DNA of 63,944 nucleotides, filler included, from Ministeria vibrans ATCC 50519 (lineage: Eukaryota > Protista > Filasterea), in assembly GCA_943704425.1 (NCBI GenBank). It is 5 parts of 5 records of this genome, joined end to end, with 100 filler letters (N's around TTAATTAATTAA, not from the genome) between each part and the next. Parts side by side here need not be neighbours in the genome. Positions count along the whole stretch, not along the records: positions 28,579 to 53,479 come from CALSCP010000408.1; positions 53,580 to 61,788 come from CALSCP010000313.1; positions 61,889 to 63,944 come from CALSCP010001217.1; 2 more parts are not named here. One strand, 5' to 3'. Both the position numbers and the translations under genes were made by a program. The first letter of the stretch is position 1; every line of letters starts with the position of its first letter. Positions 48,025-61,944 of this stretch are shown here, piece by piece. The notes under the pieces were generated by a model that was given only the letters and a program-made list of their open reading frames with translations, did no database searches and was not told where the DNA came from.

Positions 48025-51000
48025 ATGAGCACCGATCCCACTGCGGACATCTTCGCTCAACTGGAGGCGGCTGAAAAGCTCCCTCCGTGCGCCCCGCCCG
48101 CGCCTCCCTCCCAAGGTATGGCTCTGTCTCTGTCTCGGTCTCTCTCCTCTTTCGCATCGCTCACCCAAATGCAGTTCCTCTCGACTTTGTCGTTCGCGAG
48201 AACGGCCTTGGCGGAGCGACGCTTGCGCACCCCTCGAACGACGGCAACACGTCGCTCCCAGTAGGACCGCCCGAGCTTCAATGGACGGACGATGGACTTC
48301 GGTAAGTGCGTCCGTTTGCCACCGGCCCTCTCTCAATCTGCTTCCGCACCCGCCAGCGGACTTCTCGTAGACCAGTTTCTCACGCTGCCCACCGAGAACG
48401 ACACAGTACACACGTTCACACGTGCACAGCGCCATTGGGACCGTCCTGCGGATCTCACAGCGCTGTTTACGACCAGCGTATCCCCTGCCACCCACACCAT
48501 TCAGCCGAGTGCCGAGGGCGACGGCTGGAGCGAGGTACAGGGCCCCCCCAGGCGCATCATCCCGTCTCACATTGTGTCCCTGACTATGACTAGGTCCCCC
48601 TGCTGGGCGCAGGTGAGTCGGCAACCGACTCGGTGTCGCTGAATCGTGCGGTCGGCAAGTCGCGCGACTTTGTGCGTGGCGGTACAGGACAAATGCCCTT
48701 TCAGCCGGGTGGCCTGGAAGACCGCATGGAGGCACGTGCACACGAGACGGCGACAATGCAAACGAAAACCCTTGATCCCAACGAGCTGTTGGCGGTACCG
48801 CCCGGCTTTGCTCATGGAATGGTATTTGGCAGCGATGGCGAAGTCATGCCGGAGAGTGTGGCGCGCGACGCCGCAGAAGCCATGCAGAGTGCGGGGGTAG
48901 TGGTGGCGCTGAGCGATGTGATTGACAGCACATGGCTAGACGAGGAGGAGAAGGATGAAGAAGAAGACAAACAAGAAGAGGCGTCGGAGCAGACACGAAC
49001 GGAGACAGTGTTGGACGAGCCGAAACTGAAGCGCAGTGACAGTCTTGATGAATTTCTTGCGTCGAGCGAAGCAAACGCACAGTCTAAGCGAATGGGAGGA
49101 CTGAAGGATGCAAAGAAAGGCGACGATGATGACAAGTGGGTGATTATGGAGGACATTTCAAATGGTGTTCCTGATTTCCACGAGAAGGTAACAAAAGTAG
49201 CGAGCCAGAATTTCTTTCCTTTTCATTTTCTTCTTTTTGTTTGCAGGTTCCTGAAATGGCACACAAGTACCCGTTTGAGTTGGATGCGTTCCAGAAGCGG
49301 GCGGTGGTGCTCTTAGAGGCGCACGAGAGTGTGTTTGTGGCGGCGCACACCTCGGCCGGCAAGACAGTTGTCGCCGAGTACGCTATTGCGCTCGCCCAGT
49401 CGCACCTTACCCGCACTCTCTACACGTCGCCCATCAAGGCCCTCTCCAATCAGAAGTTCCGCGACTTCAAGAACACCTTTGGCGATGTGGGGCTGCTCAC
49501 GGGCGATGTACAGATCAAACCCGATGCTGCTTGTCTTATTATGGTGCGGAAGCGGAAGAGGGAATGTGTGAGCGTGTGATAAACTTGGTGTGTAGACGAC
49601 TGAGATTCTGCGGTCGATGCTGTACAAGGGCGCGGATCTTATTCGGGATGTAGAGTGGGTCATTTTTGATGAGGTTCATTACATCAATGATTCCGATCGT
49701 GGAGTAGTCTGGGAAGAGGTATGCCATTGACACGTGAAATTCGCTCTTACCAAAATGATCCTCCATTTCTGTTTAGGTGATCATCATGCTGCCACCACAC
49801 GTGAGCATCATCATGCTAAGTGCCACGGTGCCCAACACACGCGAGTTTGCCGCGTGGGTGGGCCGCACCAAGCAGCGTCCTATTCACGTCATCTCCACCC
49901 ACAAGCGTCCCGTTCCTCTCGAGCACTTTCTCTACACTGGCAACAGCGCAAAGTCCGCCAAGCAGTGCTTCAAAATCGTCGATTCCTCCAAAACGTACTG
50001 GACAATATCGAGTCGTTCTCGCATTAACTTACCTCGTCTCTCTTTGCATAATGAATAATTATTGTAGATTCCTTCCCAATGGCTACAAACAAGCTCAAGT
50101 GGCAATTGAGGAGCGAAACAAGCCAAAGACAGCCCCAGGCGCAGGCGGACAGGCCGCAAACCAGGCACAGAAGAGAGGTACATCCACACAGACACTGCTT
50201 CAATCCAACGAGTTGGTTGTGTAATCTATGCTTTGTCGCTTTTTCTCGTTACGTAGGCGGCAACAACAACAAGGGCGGGCACGGAGGGCACTCGCAGCAG
50301 CCCAGCGACCGCAGCATCTACCTTGCACTGCTGCAGTTCTTGCAGGCGGAGCAACTCACGCCCTGTGTTATGTTCACCTTCAGCAAGGCTAAGTGTGAGG
50401 CTCACGCAGACGCACTGCAGTCCGTTGATCTGACCAGCTCCGCCGAGAAGAGCGAAGTCCATGTCTTTGTCCACAATGCCATCTCGCGTCTCCGAGGCTC
50501 AGACCGCTCTCTGCCGCAGGTTACATTGAATATTTCCTTGCTTTTGGCAATTTCACACGCTAACATTTGACATTCTGGACTCAGGTGTTGCGTGCGGAGG
50601 AGATGCTGAAGCGGGGTATTGGTGTGCATCATGGCGGTTTGCTGCCCATCATCAAGGAGACAGTGGAACTGCTCTTCCAAGTCAGTTCTTACTGCAGTCT
50701 ATATTTGTTGTGTGTGTTCATTTTCTTGCGTGTCTTTTACAGCGTGGACTTGTGCGAGTTCTGTTTGCAACGGAGACGTTTGCAATGGGAGTGAACATGC
50801 CCGCGCGCTGTGTGGTCTACGACACGATCCGCAAGCACGACGGAACAGGCTTTCGCAATCTACTCCCAGGAGAGTACATTCAAGTGAGCTTTATCCACCA
50901 TCTTTTCCTCTTCCTCTGACCACCTCTCCTTTTCTTTTTTTGATAAGATGGCGGGTCGCGCAGGTCGTCGTGGACTGGACCCGACGGGCTCCGTGATCAT

Positions 51001-51535
51001 TCTGATTAAGTCGGCGCAGTCGTTTCCCTCGTCCGCCGAGCTCCATCAGATGATGTTGGGCAAGCCCACGCGACTTGAGTCGCGCTTTCGCCTCACGTAC
51101 AACATGATGCTGCAGCTGCTGCGTGTCCAGCAGTTGCGTGTCGAGGACATGATGGCCCGCAGTTTCAGCGAGTTTGGTACGCGAACGAGGAGTAAATCGC
51201 GCGCGCTCTCTCTCACACTTTATACATTATTTTGAATAATGGTAGGGACACGGAAGGACGCAGCACAGGAAAAGGCAACGCTGGGCGATGTGGAGAAGCA
51301 GCTGGAGGCCATGGGCAACATGAACTGCATCTTTTGCGATGAGGATCTCGAGGTATTGTTCTCTTTCTGTTTTTGTGTGCTTACTTTGACTTTTGTAGGA
51401 GTACTTGCGTCTGAACAGCCACATTCTTGCATTGCGTCGTGACCTCTCATTGGCGATGGCGGCGAATCCTTCGGGACAAAAATGGCTCACGGGTGGACGT
51501 ATTGTGGTCATCAATAATATGGTATGAGAGATGAA

Positions 51536-51566
<31 letters not shown>

Positions 51567-52764
51567 AAGAAGAAGAAGGAGAAAAAGAATACTCACGCGA
51601 GTTTACTCACCCACTGTGCACATACTTCTTTCTGTGCACATAGACTCATCGAAATGCAGTTGGAATTGTGCTGGTGAACACGATTGGTGACGATGCGACA
51701 CCTCGGGGACTGCGCAACCGCAAGCCTGCGGGCGGGAAGCAGTTCTGGGTGCTGCTGGGACCGTCGAGCAGTGACGGGAGTGCGTTACCAGTGACGCAGC
51801 TGACGTTGAGCCGCAGTGGCGACGATGCTCAGGTGGTTGCAGTGGACGCGGGGGATGTGATGCGCGTGAGCAAGGGCAAGGTCAACGTGGATGTGCAGGC
51901 GGTGCTTGATCGTCGCGACAGTAGCGCCATGGCCGAAGCGCTGCAGCAGATGCGCTCCTATGTCGACGTGACACGCAAAAAGGGATTTCCAGGTTAGACA
52001 CTCTTTGCATGCAAAAGTGATTGATTGATTGTTTTTTTTTTCGGTGTTAGCATTGGATGGAGTAAATCTCGTAAAGGATTTGCGCATGAATGATATGGAC
52101 GTGGTGGACACGTACACGCGGCTGAGCACGTTGGAGAAGCAACTTGACGCGTTCAAGTGCGCAAAGTGCCCTGAACTTAATGCCCACGTACGCAATAAGA
52201 GAAATAGAGAGAAACCTTCAAAGTGATAGAGGGAGAGAGAAAAAAGAGAGATACGTCTGATCATTGATAATTGTGGATTGTGGGCTTAGTTTGGGCAAAT
52301 GTTTGCGCGCACGCAACTGTCGGATCAAGTGCGGTCGCTGGCACATCGACTGAGCGACGAGTCGCTTGAGCTTCTGCCCGAGTACAATGCACGCTTGGCA
52401 GTGCTAACCAAACTGAAGTACCTGGACGACAATGGGACGGTGCTGCTGAAGGGGCGGGTTGCCTGCGAGGTACCACATGTGTGTATCGTATTGTGTGGTA
52501 TTGAGGGATGTTGTTGTAGATCAACACGTGTGATGATGCGGGGGCGCTCATTGTGACTGAGCTAATCTTTGACAATGCGTTTGCCGCGATGACTCCCGGT
52601 GAAATTGTGGCGCTGCTCTCGTCACTTCTTTTCCAGGAGAAGAATGCCAGCGCACCCAATCTCACTCAGAAGCTCAAAGAGGTGAGTCACATACACATTG
52701 TCATGTCAAAACAAACAACGCGACCCCGCCCTCCCTCCAGCGCCTCTGATAGAATGATGAAACG

Positions 52765-52803
<39 letters not shown>

Positions 52804-53243
52804 GGGCAAGAGCGGTTGACTGAAGCTGCACGCATTCTGGCGGAGACGCAGACAGCGCTGGGGATTGACACGCCAGTCGATGAGTTCTTGCGCAACACCT
52901 TTAAGTTTGGTCTGGTCGAGGTGGTCGACGAGTGGGCCAAGGGAATGCCCTTTCGTCAGATTATGGACCTGACCGATGTGCTTGAAGGTTCCATTGTGCG
53001 TTGCATCACTCGCTTGGATGGTACTTCTAAAACGCAAACCAATGTGTCTGGGGTCCCCATTTATTATTGTCGACTGTGCGTGTGCACTCCTGTCTTACAA
53101 CTGTTGCTTTTGCAGAGACGTGTCGAGACATGCGGAATGCGGGGCAAGTTATTGGCGATCCTGAGCTTGTGGCCAAAATGGAGGAGGCGTCAGCACTCAT
53201 CAAACGCGACATTGTATTTGCCGCAAGTTTGTACACTCAATAA
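48025..53243 (+). CDS. SKIV2L: Ski2-like DExH RNA helicase (multi-exon)
   Basis: [105 protein letters not shown]. The N-terminal Ski2_N-like [16 protein letters not shown] distinguishes it from Mtr4. Confidence 0.95.
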
Positions 53244-53385
53244 ACCACTCTACAAAATTAATTATAAAAACAAGAAACTACAAAATTTCTATTAGGACTA
53301 TTACTTTTCATTGTATTCATAATTATATTGTGTACTTTACTCTCCTGAGTAACTTTTCACTTCATATTTTTTAGACATTGACTAC

Positions 53386-53479
<94 letters not shown>

Positions 53480-53579
53480 NNNNNNNNNNNNNNNNNNNNN
53501 NNNNNNNNNNNNNNNNNNNNNNNTTAATTAATTAANNNNNNNNNNNNNNNNNNNNNNNNNNNNNNNNNNNNNNNNNNNN
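53480..53579. other. Artificial contig linker, flanked by (TTA)n and (GT)n
   Basis: N44-TTAATTAATTAA-N44. Confidence 0.95.
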
Positions 53580-53668
<89 letters not shown>

Positions 53669-53669
<1 letters not shown>

Positions 53670-54267
53670 ACTTGTCAAGTACAAGGGGTTCCAAGTGCCG
53701 CCTGCTGAGCTTGAAGGTGCACAATGAGACGATAGAGAGGGTGATTAATGGTGTCAGGTTGATCAATGTGCGCCCACCCTCCCCCCTCTTTCTCTTAGGA
53801 CTGTTGCTGAGCCACCCTAAGATTGCTGATGTCGCTGTGGTGGGTCTTCCTGATGAGTCGTGCGGAGAGCTGCCCGTTGCCTTTATTGCCACCCCGCACA
53901 AGGTACTCACTTCGATCGTGCCATGGAAACATTCTTGGATCTTTCTTGTTTCCTTACTGTCACTTAAGATAAACTGACTCTTCACTGTGTGCTGACTCTT
54001 TTTCTTATATTTTATTAGGATCTGACAGAACAAGAAGTCGTTGACTTTGTCTCTGAATCGGTTGCGCCTCACAAGCGACTTAGAGGTGGAGTTCGATTCA
54101 TCGACGCAATCCCCAAATCCGCGTCCGGTAAATAATTCACATTCTCAAAATGGTAGTAAAATCTATCGTAAACTATGTGCCTCTCTTCCTTTCTTCTTTC
54201 CGTTTCAACAGGCAAGATTCTTCGTCGTGTGTTGCGTGACACGCTCAAAGCAGAAATAAAAAAATAA
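53669..54267 (+). CDS. 4-coumarate:CoA ligase / luciferase-like acyl-CoA synthetase, 3' end only
   Basis: ELVKYKGFQVPPAELE|GLLLSHPKIADVAVVG...GELPVAF|...PHKRLRGGVRFIDAIPKSAS|GKILRR. Confidence 0.88.
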
Positions 54268-54578
54268 ACGAAATCATTATTTTGATGACGAAGAACATGA
54301 ATTTTTATAGCGTTCTTATTCCGTTTTAGTTTTAATGAAACGTGAATAATAATTAAAATATATATTAGTACTATTATTATTATTAACATTGAGTACAACT
54401 CTCGATTCACTATTATTTTATTAATTTTTTTTCTTATTTTTTATTGTCTTGTCGGTATGTTATTATTGAGTAGATGCAGGAACAAAACGAGAATAAATCA
54501 CTTTTGCGCAAGAGAACAGATTGACGGATGGCCAGACATGACAAGAGATGTGTAGTCGTGTACGTTGTCAATATGTTT

Positions 54579-55815
54579 CTATCGATCCATTTGAAAGTAG
54601 GCGGCAGCAACGGCACCAAAAAAGAGAAGAAGGAGGAAGAAGGCCAAGGCAGCGCAGCAGGCAAAGGCGGGCACAGGGTGCATGCGCTGGTGCGTCGAAG
54701 CGGCTGCCTGCGCCGACATGCTCATCTCGGGCGTGCGCGACTGTAGGTACAGGTTTCCCGGGCCGTGGAAGCGGCACATGAGCATTTCACCGCTTGTCAC
54801 ACTCGAGAAGAGGGACGAGCCGGCCATTTCAACGCCATACTACCATGAAAAGCGTCCCCCCGCCCCATTCAATAATAATGTTTTCCTCGTGTGCTTTTTT
54901 TCCTTCTTGTTCTAATTATACCTGCATGTGTGCACTCCAAGCCATGATATGGCCGTTGTCGACGATGCGTTGTTCACCTTGCTGCAATACATACCTGAGA
55001 AAAGGATGTGAGTTGCAGAGCGAAGTTGAGAGTGAAAGTACGGCGTGGGTACCTGTGGATTGTTCCATAGGTGGTCACGGCGACAGTGCCGTGTCCACTG
55101 AAGCGCAGCACGAAGAAGCCGGCGCCCGAGAAGAGTCCGCCACGCAGATTGTTCTGCATCTCGGTTGTGACCACCACCGAGTCGGACGCGCACAGGAACG
55201 CCCCTTTCTTAGCCAGGTAGTCGCAGGAGCCATCGAGCTCGAGCAAGACAATGTCACCCGCATGATCGGGTGCGAATATAACGTCCTGATCGTCTGCCTG
55301 CGCTGTCAGCTCTTGAAAGAACAGACTTTCGCCCGTCAGAAATTTCCGAGCCAGTCCACTGAAGAGGCCGCCTCCTAAACAGACAAACACAAAACACAAA
55401 AAGAAAGAGTCAGCCAGGACGCGTGTGTGTGAGAGAGAGAGAGAGCATCAGCTTGGCGAGTGTAATGAGTGCGAAGACTGAAAATGAACTTGGCACAATT
55501 ACCCCCCACGCGAACGGCCACGTCGGTCCCCCAAGCACACCACAGGGGTATTCCCGGCATAAACGACGATCCCGTGGCAACCCAGCACATCCATACACAC
55601 ACCCCACGTACCCAAGCTAGAAGTAAGAGCCACTCCGGGTGACATAGTAACAAGAGCATTGCTCTCTGCTTTGACCTTCTGCCCTCGATCCAACAGGACC
55701 TCAAGAGACGCAAATCCCCCAGGATTCAATATCTACACATTCAATGGGGTTCAACATAGTATCCCAGCTTGCGCGTCGCGTCAGCAGAGAAGCGAAATCA
55801 TACGTTGAAGCGCAT
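54579..55815 (-). CDS. AIM24 / TIGR00266-family protein with a C-terminal hydrophobic segment
   Basis: MRFN|ILNPGGFASLEVLLDRGQKVKAESNALVTMS, LARKFLTGESLFF, GLFSGAGFFVLRFSGHG, IVDNGHIMAW, SGEMLMCRFHGPGNLYLQSR. Confidence 0.85.
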
Positions 55816-55969
55816 AATTGTTAAAAGTTGAAATTCGACTGATTAATTTTTTCGTTTTTGATTTTTATTTTTTTTGTCCATAATAATTATTATTATTATA
55901 TTCTTATTCATAATAATTCATTAAATTTTAAAAGTTGATACACAAGAGAAATTTCCTCGGCCATCCACG

Positions 55970-57198
55970 ATGGACAAACTGACAAGCACGCAGAAGGTAT
56001 GAGCCTGATCACCCGGAAGAGAACCTGATCAAGAAACCGACGACGTGTCTTGTTCTTTTGCAGTCGAAACTGAAGCAATTTCAGAACATCACACAAGCAT
56101 CCAAGGCAACGGGCTTGGCGTGTCTGTCGGAGGGTGGGTGGGACCTGGACCGCTCACTCAACTACTTCTACAGCTCAAACGGGGCAAGGTTGGACGAGAT
56201 TGTCTGTCTGTTCCGGTCGAAGTGACGCCAACGAATCTCCTTCTCTCTCTCTCTCTCTCGTTCTCTCTCTTTGCACGACAGTAGCCAAGCCCGAGGGTCC
56301 GGTGGGGGCGACTCAAAGAAAATCACTGCCTTATTCGAACATTTCCAAGGTGCGACAGTGCGTCGTTTGGTCTTGGCGCGACGGGCGGCCGAACACTCTC
56401 CTGTCTTGTTTCTAAACTTTTATTCGTTGACAGATCTTCCCGAAGAGAACTGCATTGGACCTGCTGGGGTGGAGAGGTTTTGCATTGAGCTTGGTGTTGA
56501 TCCTGCCGATATTGTCACGTAAGAGAAGATGTGGACGTACGAAGTGGGGCAGTCTAGTATTGACATTTGTCTTTCGCGTTACAGACTTGTCATTTCGTTC
56601 CACATGAAAGCCGAACGCATGGCCTACTTTAAACGAGAAGAATTTATTGCTGGCATGACAGAAATGGGGTAAGGACACGTTTTTCTTGAAGAGGAATTCT
56701 CACCTCAGACTCTCTTGTGTCTCTTCTCTCTTGTATGTATATCTTCTCTTTTGTGTCTCTTTACAGTTGCGACTCGATTGCACAGCTGAAAAAGAAACTC
56801 CCCGAGCTGCGTCGAGAGCTGGACAACTCGTCCATTTTCAAGCAAATCTACCTGTACACCTTTGACTTTGCGCGTGAGCCGTCACAACGCGGCCTCGGTG
56901 CGTGAAAGATGCAGCACTTTGTTTGTTTCTTTTTTCTCACTTTGGTCATTTTTGTGCAGGACAAGACACGGCTATTGCACTGTGGCAGCTTGTGTTCAAC
57001 AAGGAGCGATTTCCGTTCCTCGATGAGTGGTGTGCGTTTCTGGTCAGAGAGCACAACAAGACCATTCCCAAGGACACCTGGAACCTCTTGCTTGACTTTG
57101 CCACAACCGTCCAGGGAGATCTTACCAAGTACGACGAAATGGAGGCTTGGCCCGTCCTCATCGATCTCTTTGTTGAGCACATGCGTGCTCAGAAGTGA
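55970..57198 (+). CDS. DCUN1D: DCN1-like NEDD8 E3 ligase (UBA-like + PONY domains)
   Basis: MDKLTSTQK|[10 protein letters not shown]...[69 protein letters not shown]. Confidence 0.93.
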
Positions 57199-57451
57199 AA
57201 CCCCCATGAACTCTTTGTACACTTCTTTTGTGACTCCATGCTGACAAAAATTTCTACTGATTGATTTCTACTGTGCGACTCAAGTTGTGATCTTAACTGT
57301 GCCCCTCAGGCCACGTGCCACGCGGAATCGCTGTAGTTTGTTGTGAGTCCCGTTCTTGTCCATCGACTAAAAGAAGAAGAAGGAAACAGTTAATGCATTA
57401 AAAGTGCATTTACGTAAGTTTCTTCAAAATTTTAGTCACTCACTAACAACT

Positions 57452-58608
57452 ATGGCGTCAAACGGCGTTGTACGCCCACTTGGCAGCGGCGGTCGTCATG
57501 GACAACCGTCTGTGAAAAAGCTAGTGATTAAAAACCTCTCAGGTTTCGACATGATTCTTTTTTTTCTTTTTTTTATTCGCCGCCTTTCTGTTGACGTGCC
57601 CCTTGAGGGCTAGAGCACCTGCCTGTTTCCAATTATTGCGGTGTTGGTGTTTGTTGTTCGCTGGCGTGCGTGCGTGTGTCGTGTAGCTGTGTGGATCTCG
57701 TGAAATTCTGTGTTGTTTCTCATTCGTCTTGGTCGCACAGTGTCGCCTCGTCTGCCGGCCGATTTCGAGGCGGTGACCTGGGCGAAGCTGCGGGAGGCAG
57801 TGCGTGCGATCTTCAGTCGACGCGCCTCGGGTAGCCTTGAAGAACTCTACCAGTGTGTACGCGATATGTGCACGCACAAAGTAAGCGAACTTGACTGGGT
57901 CCTCCTCCTATGCATGTCACACAAACCACATCCCATTTGTATCACTTTCTCTCTATCGCTTTGTTTCTTTCTCTATCACTTTGTTCTTTCTCCTCTTCAT
58001 CACTTTTGTTTCTCTCTCTCTCTCTTTATTCTTATTCTCTCTATGACTTTGTTCTCTCTTCTCTCTTACTTGGTTTCTTTCTCATCACTTTTGTCTCTCT
58101 CTCTATCACTTTGTCTCTCTCTATCACTTTGTCTCTCTCTATCACTTTGTCTCTCTCTATCACTTTGTCTCTCTCTATCACTTTGTCTCTCTCTATCACT
58201 TTGTCTCTCTCTANNNNNNNTCTATCACTTTGTCTCTCTCTATCACTTTGTCTCTCTCTATCACTTTGTCTCTCTCTATCACTTTGTCTCTCTCTATCAC
58301 TTTGTCTCTCTCTATCACTTTGTCTCTCTCTATCACTTTGTTTCTCTCTATCACTTTGTCTCTCTCTATCACTTTGTCTCTCTCTATCACTTTGTCTCTC
58401 TCTATCACTTTGTTTCTCTCTATCACTTTGTCTCTCTCTATCACTTTGTCTCTCTCTATCACACACACACACTCTCTCTCTTGGTTTTTTTTCTGTCATT
58501 TTGTTCTCACTATCACTTTTTTCTTTCTCTCTTCTCACATTCTTTCGCATACTATGCAAACTAATATAACATTAAGTTTAATGCCATTCATTAACGATGT
58601 GGTTGTTG

Positions 58609-58642
<34 letters not shown>

Positions 58643-61484
58643 AGCTCGCCAAGAAACTGTATGAGAGCCTTTGCGAAGAGTGCTACACCTATGCAGTGTC
58701 GGTTCTTGGCGAGATCACGGGCCGAGGGGACGTCTCGGGTGCAGCTGCGTCTTTTTTGCCAATGATTGACGAGCGATGGCAAAACTTTTGCAAGCAAATT
58801 GGCATGGTGCGCAACGTCTTTCTGCACCTCGATCGCACTTATGCGCTTCAGACGGCCGGTGTTGTCTCGTTGTGGGACATGGCCGTTGGCTATTGGCGTG
58901 ACATTGTGGTCAGCAATGCCCGCGTGCAAAATTGGCTCGTGTTAGGTCTGCTGGGTCAGATTGAGTTGGAGCGTCGAGGCGACGCTGTCGATCGCTCCGT
59001 GGTGCGCAACCTCTTGCGCATGCTCTCCTCCTTGCACATCTATGACGCCGTTTTTGAAGTTCCCTTTCTTAGCGGCACTCAACAGTTTTACCAGATTGAG
59101 GGTCAAGAACGCATGGCGTCGCTCAATGTCCCCGATTACCTGGCGCATGTGGAGGCTCGATTGGCCAGCGAAGCAGAGCGCGCGGCCACGTACCTTGATG
59201 TGAGCACGCGTGCACCTCTGCTTGCCTCGGTCGAAGAGCATCTCATTCGCGTCCATGTGGTGTCATTGCTTGAGCGTGGCTTTGTGTTGCTCATGGACGA
59301 GCGGCGCACCCCAGACCTGGCGCGTCTGTACAGTCTCTTGTCACGCATTGGTGCCTTGGCCGATCTCCGCCAGCACTTCCAGGCATTTGTGAAGCTGCGC
59401 GGTCTTGCAATGGTCAAAAACGCAGACAAGGACGCCACTCTCATCACCGAACTTATCGCTATGAAGCAGATGCTCGATGCGTTTGTCCACACTGCCTTTG
59501 CCGACAACGAAAAGTTCCAAACCGCAACCAAGGTGGCGAAAAACAACCCTCTTCTCCAGTGCAACATCGCTCTTACCCCTGTATTTTGTTAGGATGCGTA
59601 TGAGTCGTTCATCAACGTGCGAGAGAACAAGCCCGCCGAATTGATTGGTACCAAGAAGAAAAATGTCAAAAAGAAGCGCTCAAACTGTCTTTTTTTTTCT
59701 TTTTTTTTTGTCTTTCAGCGAAATTCATTGATTCGAAATTGCGAATGGGAAATAAGGAATTGGGCGAAGAGGAACTGGAGGCAGTGCTAGACGATGCGAT
59801 TGTCATGTTCCGTTTCATTCATGGTGCGTGCTTCAATGTGAATGTGCGTGAGTGAGTGAGAGCAAAAAGTTCAAATTTGTCGTTGTACTGTTGCAGGGAA
59901 AGATGTGTTTGAGGCGTTTTACAAGAAGGACTTGGCGAAGCGGCTGTTGTATGGAAAGAGTGCATCTGTTGATGCGGAGCTGATGATGCTGTCTAAGCTC
60001 AAAAGTGGTACGTGCTATACTGTGTGTCAATTCAATCGCTTGCTCTTTGTTTTCTCTGTCTCCCTGTCACACCTTTTTTGCATGTGTGTGTGTATGTGTG
60101 TGTGTGTGTGTGTGTGTGTCTGAAAATTATTGTGTACTGTTTTGCCTTCTTTTCCAGAGTGTGGTGGAGGGTTCACGTTGAAGCTGGAGGGAATGTTCAA
60201 GGACATTGGAACGTCGCGAGATCTCATGGCATCGTTTCAGGTAACAGCAATATGCTCAGCAATACTACCAGTTTGTCACTATAATTATAAACGACACAAA
60301 AAAAATTTGCTTAGGCGTCGCGCAGTGCGATTGACGCGACTCACGGTATTGAGTTGTCGGTGAATGTGCTCACGCAGGGTTACTGGCCCACCTATCCGCC
60401 CGTCTCCGTGCACATTCCCGACGATGTAAGTTGACCATGTTGAATGCGAATTCATTAAGGGTTTCTTTTTTAGATGAGTGCGTGTCAAGTGGCCTTTCAA
60501 GAATTTTACTTGCGGATCCACACAGGTCGACGCCTGACATGGCAAAACTCGCTTGGCGACTGTGTGATCAAAGCGCGTCTGGCCAAGGGCACCAAAGAGC
60601 TCGTGGTTGCCATGTACCAGGCACTGGTGCTCCTTCTCCTCAATGGCCCTCGCGACATGCAACTCTCCTTTTGCCAAATTCAGGAGACGACCAATATTGG
60701 TGAGAAATTGGTGTATATGTTGTCAAAGAGTCATTCTGACCATGTCTTTCTCTTGTGTATTTAATTGATTTTTTTTTTCGTGTGCGTAGCGAGCGATGAG
60801 TTGCGACGCACTCTGCAGAGTTTGGCGTGTGGAAAGATTGACACTCGAGTTCTTGCGAAGCAGCCAAAGGTAGTGCAACTTGAATACCCACACTGAGTTT
60901 CAATAATTCAAAATAATTATTAAAATAAAATAAATATTAATTTTGTCTACTCTCTTTTGTGTTGTGTTCCTTTTGTCTGTACATAGGGACGCGATGTTGC
61001 TGACGACGACCTCTTCTCGGTCAATCAAGACTTTAAGAACCCCCGTGTCAAGATCAAAATCAACCAAGTGATGTTGAAGGAGACGGTAACAAACAAAAAT
61101 GATCCTTTCTTACGCTCCATCTCACTTCATGACCTGGCTGTGTGTAGCCGGAAGAGAATAGCAACACGCGCGAGAAAGTCTTCCAGGACCGACAGTACCA
61201 GGTTGATGCGGCCATTGTGCGCATCATGAAGACCCGCAAGAAACTCTCCCACACTCTTCTTATTTCAGAACTCTTTGAACAGCTCAAATTCCCAATCAAG
61301 GTATGCGGGAAACATTCGAAATGATTAATTCCATCTTTTTTTTTTTTTGTGCGTGTGTGTGACTCTGATTGTCTCTTGTTTAACCCAGCCGTCGGATCTG
61401 AAGAAGCGCATTGAGTCTTTGATGGATCGAGAATATCTCGAGCGCGATCCTAACAATTCCAGCGTCTACATTTATCTTGCTTAA
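57452..61484 (+). CDS. CUL4: Cullin-4 (multi-exon)
   Basis: [16 protein letters not shown]...[76 protein letters not shown] (neddylation site), [18 protein letters not shown]. Confidence 0.95.
58084..58460. repeat. Intronic minisatellite, ~18-nt unit TCTCTCTCTATCACTTTG, with a 7-N gap
   Basis: About 20 near-identical tandem copies inside a CUL4 intron. Confidence 0.92.
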
Positions 61485-61595
61485 GAGACTGGCGTCTTTC
61501 CTTTGTTCCCTCCCTTCTTTTCTGTATAAACATAAATGACTCACCCGCACTCAGTTTACGTTTTTTTCAAGTCAGCTTTTTTTTAGGCAATAGTC

Positions 61596-61788
<193 letters not shown>

Positions 61789-61888
61789 NNNNNNNNNNNN
61801 NNNNNNNNNNNNNNNNNNNNNNNNNNNNNNNNTTAATTAATTAANNNNNNNNNNNNNNNNNNNNNNNNNNNNNNNNNNNNNNNNNNNN
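61789..61888. other. Artificial contig linker
   Basis: N44-TTAATTAATTAA-N44. Confidence 0.95.
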
Positions 61889-61944
61889 GGGGGGGGGTCA
61901 GAGAGAGACAGAGACAGAGAGAAGACTGAGCATGTCTCGTGTAG

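Noticed and set aside
36479-53243. SMG1 and SKI2 proximity as an RNA-surveillance cluster
   Set aside because: A probable misjoin at ~47030-47290 lies between them.
58084-58460. Regular short repeats resembling a CRISPR array or tetO half-sites (TCTCTATCACT)
   Set aside because: No unique spacers, no cas genes, eukaryotic intron context, and the tetO palindrome is not completed.
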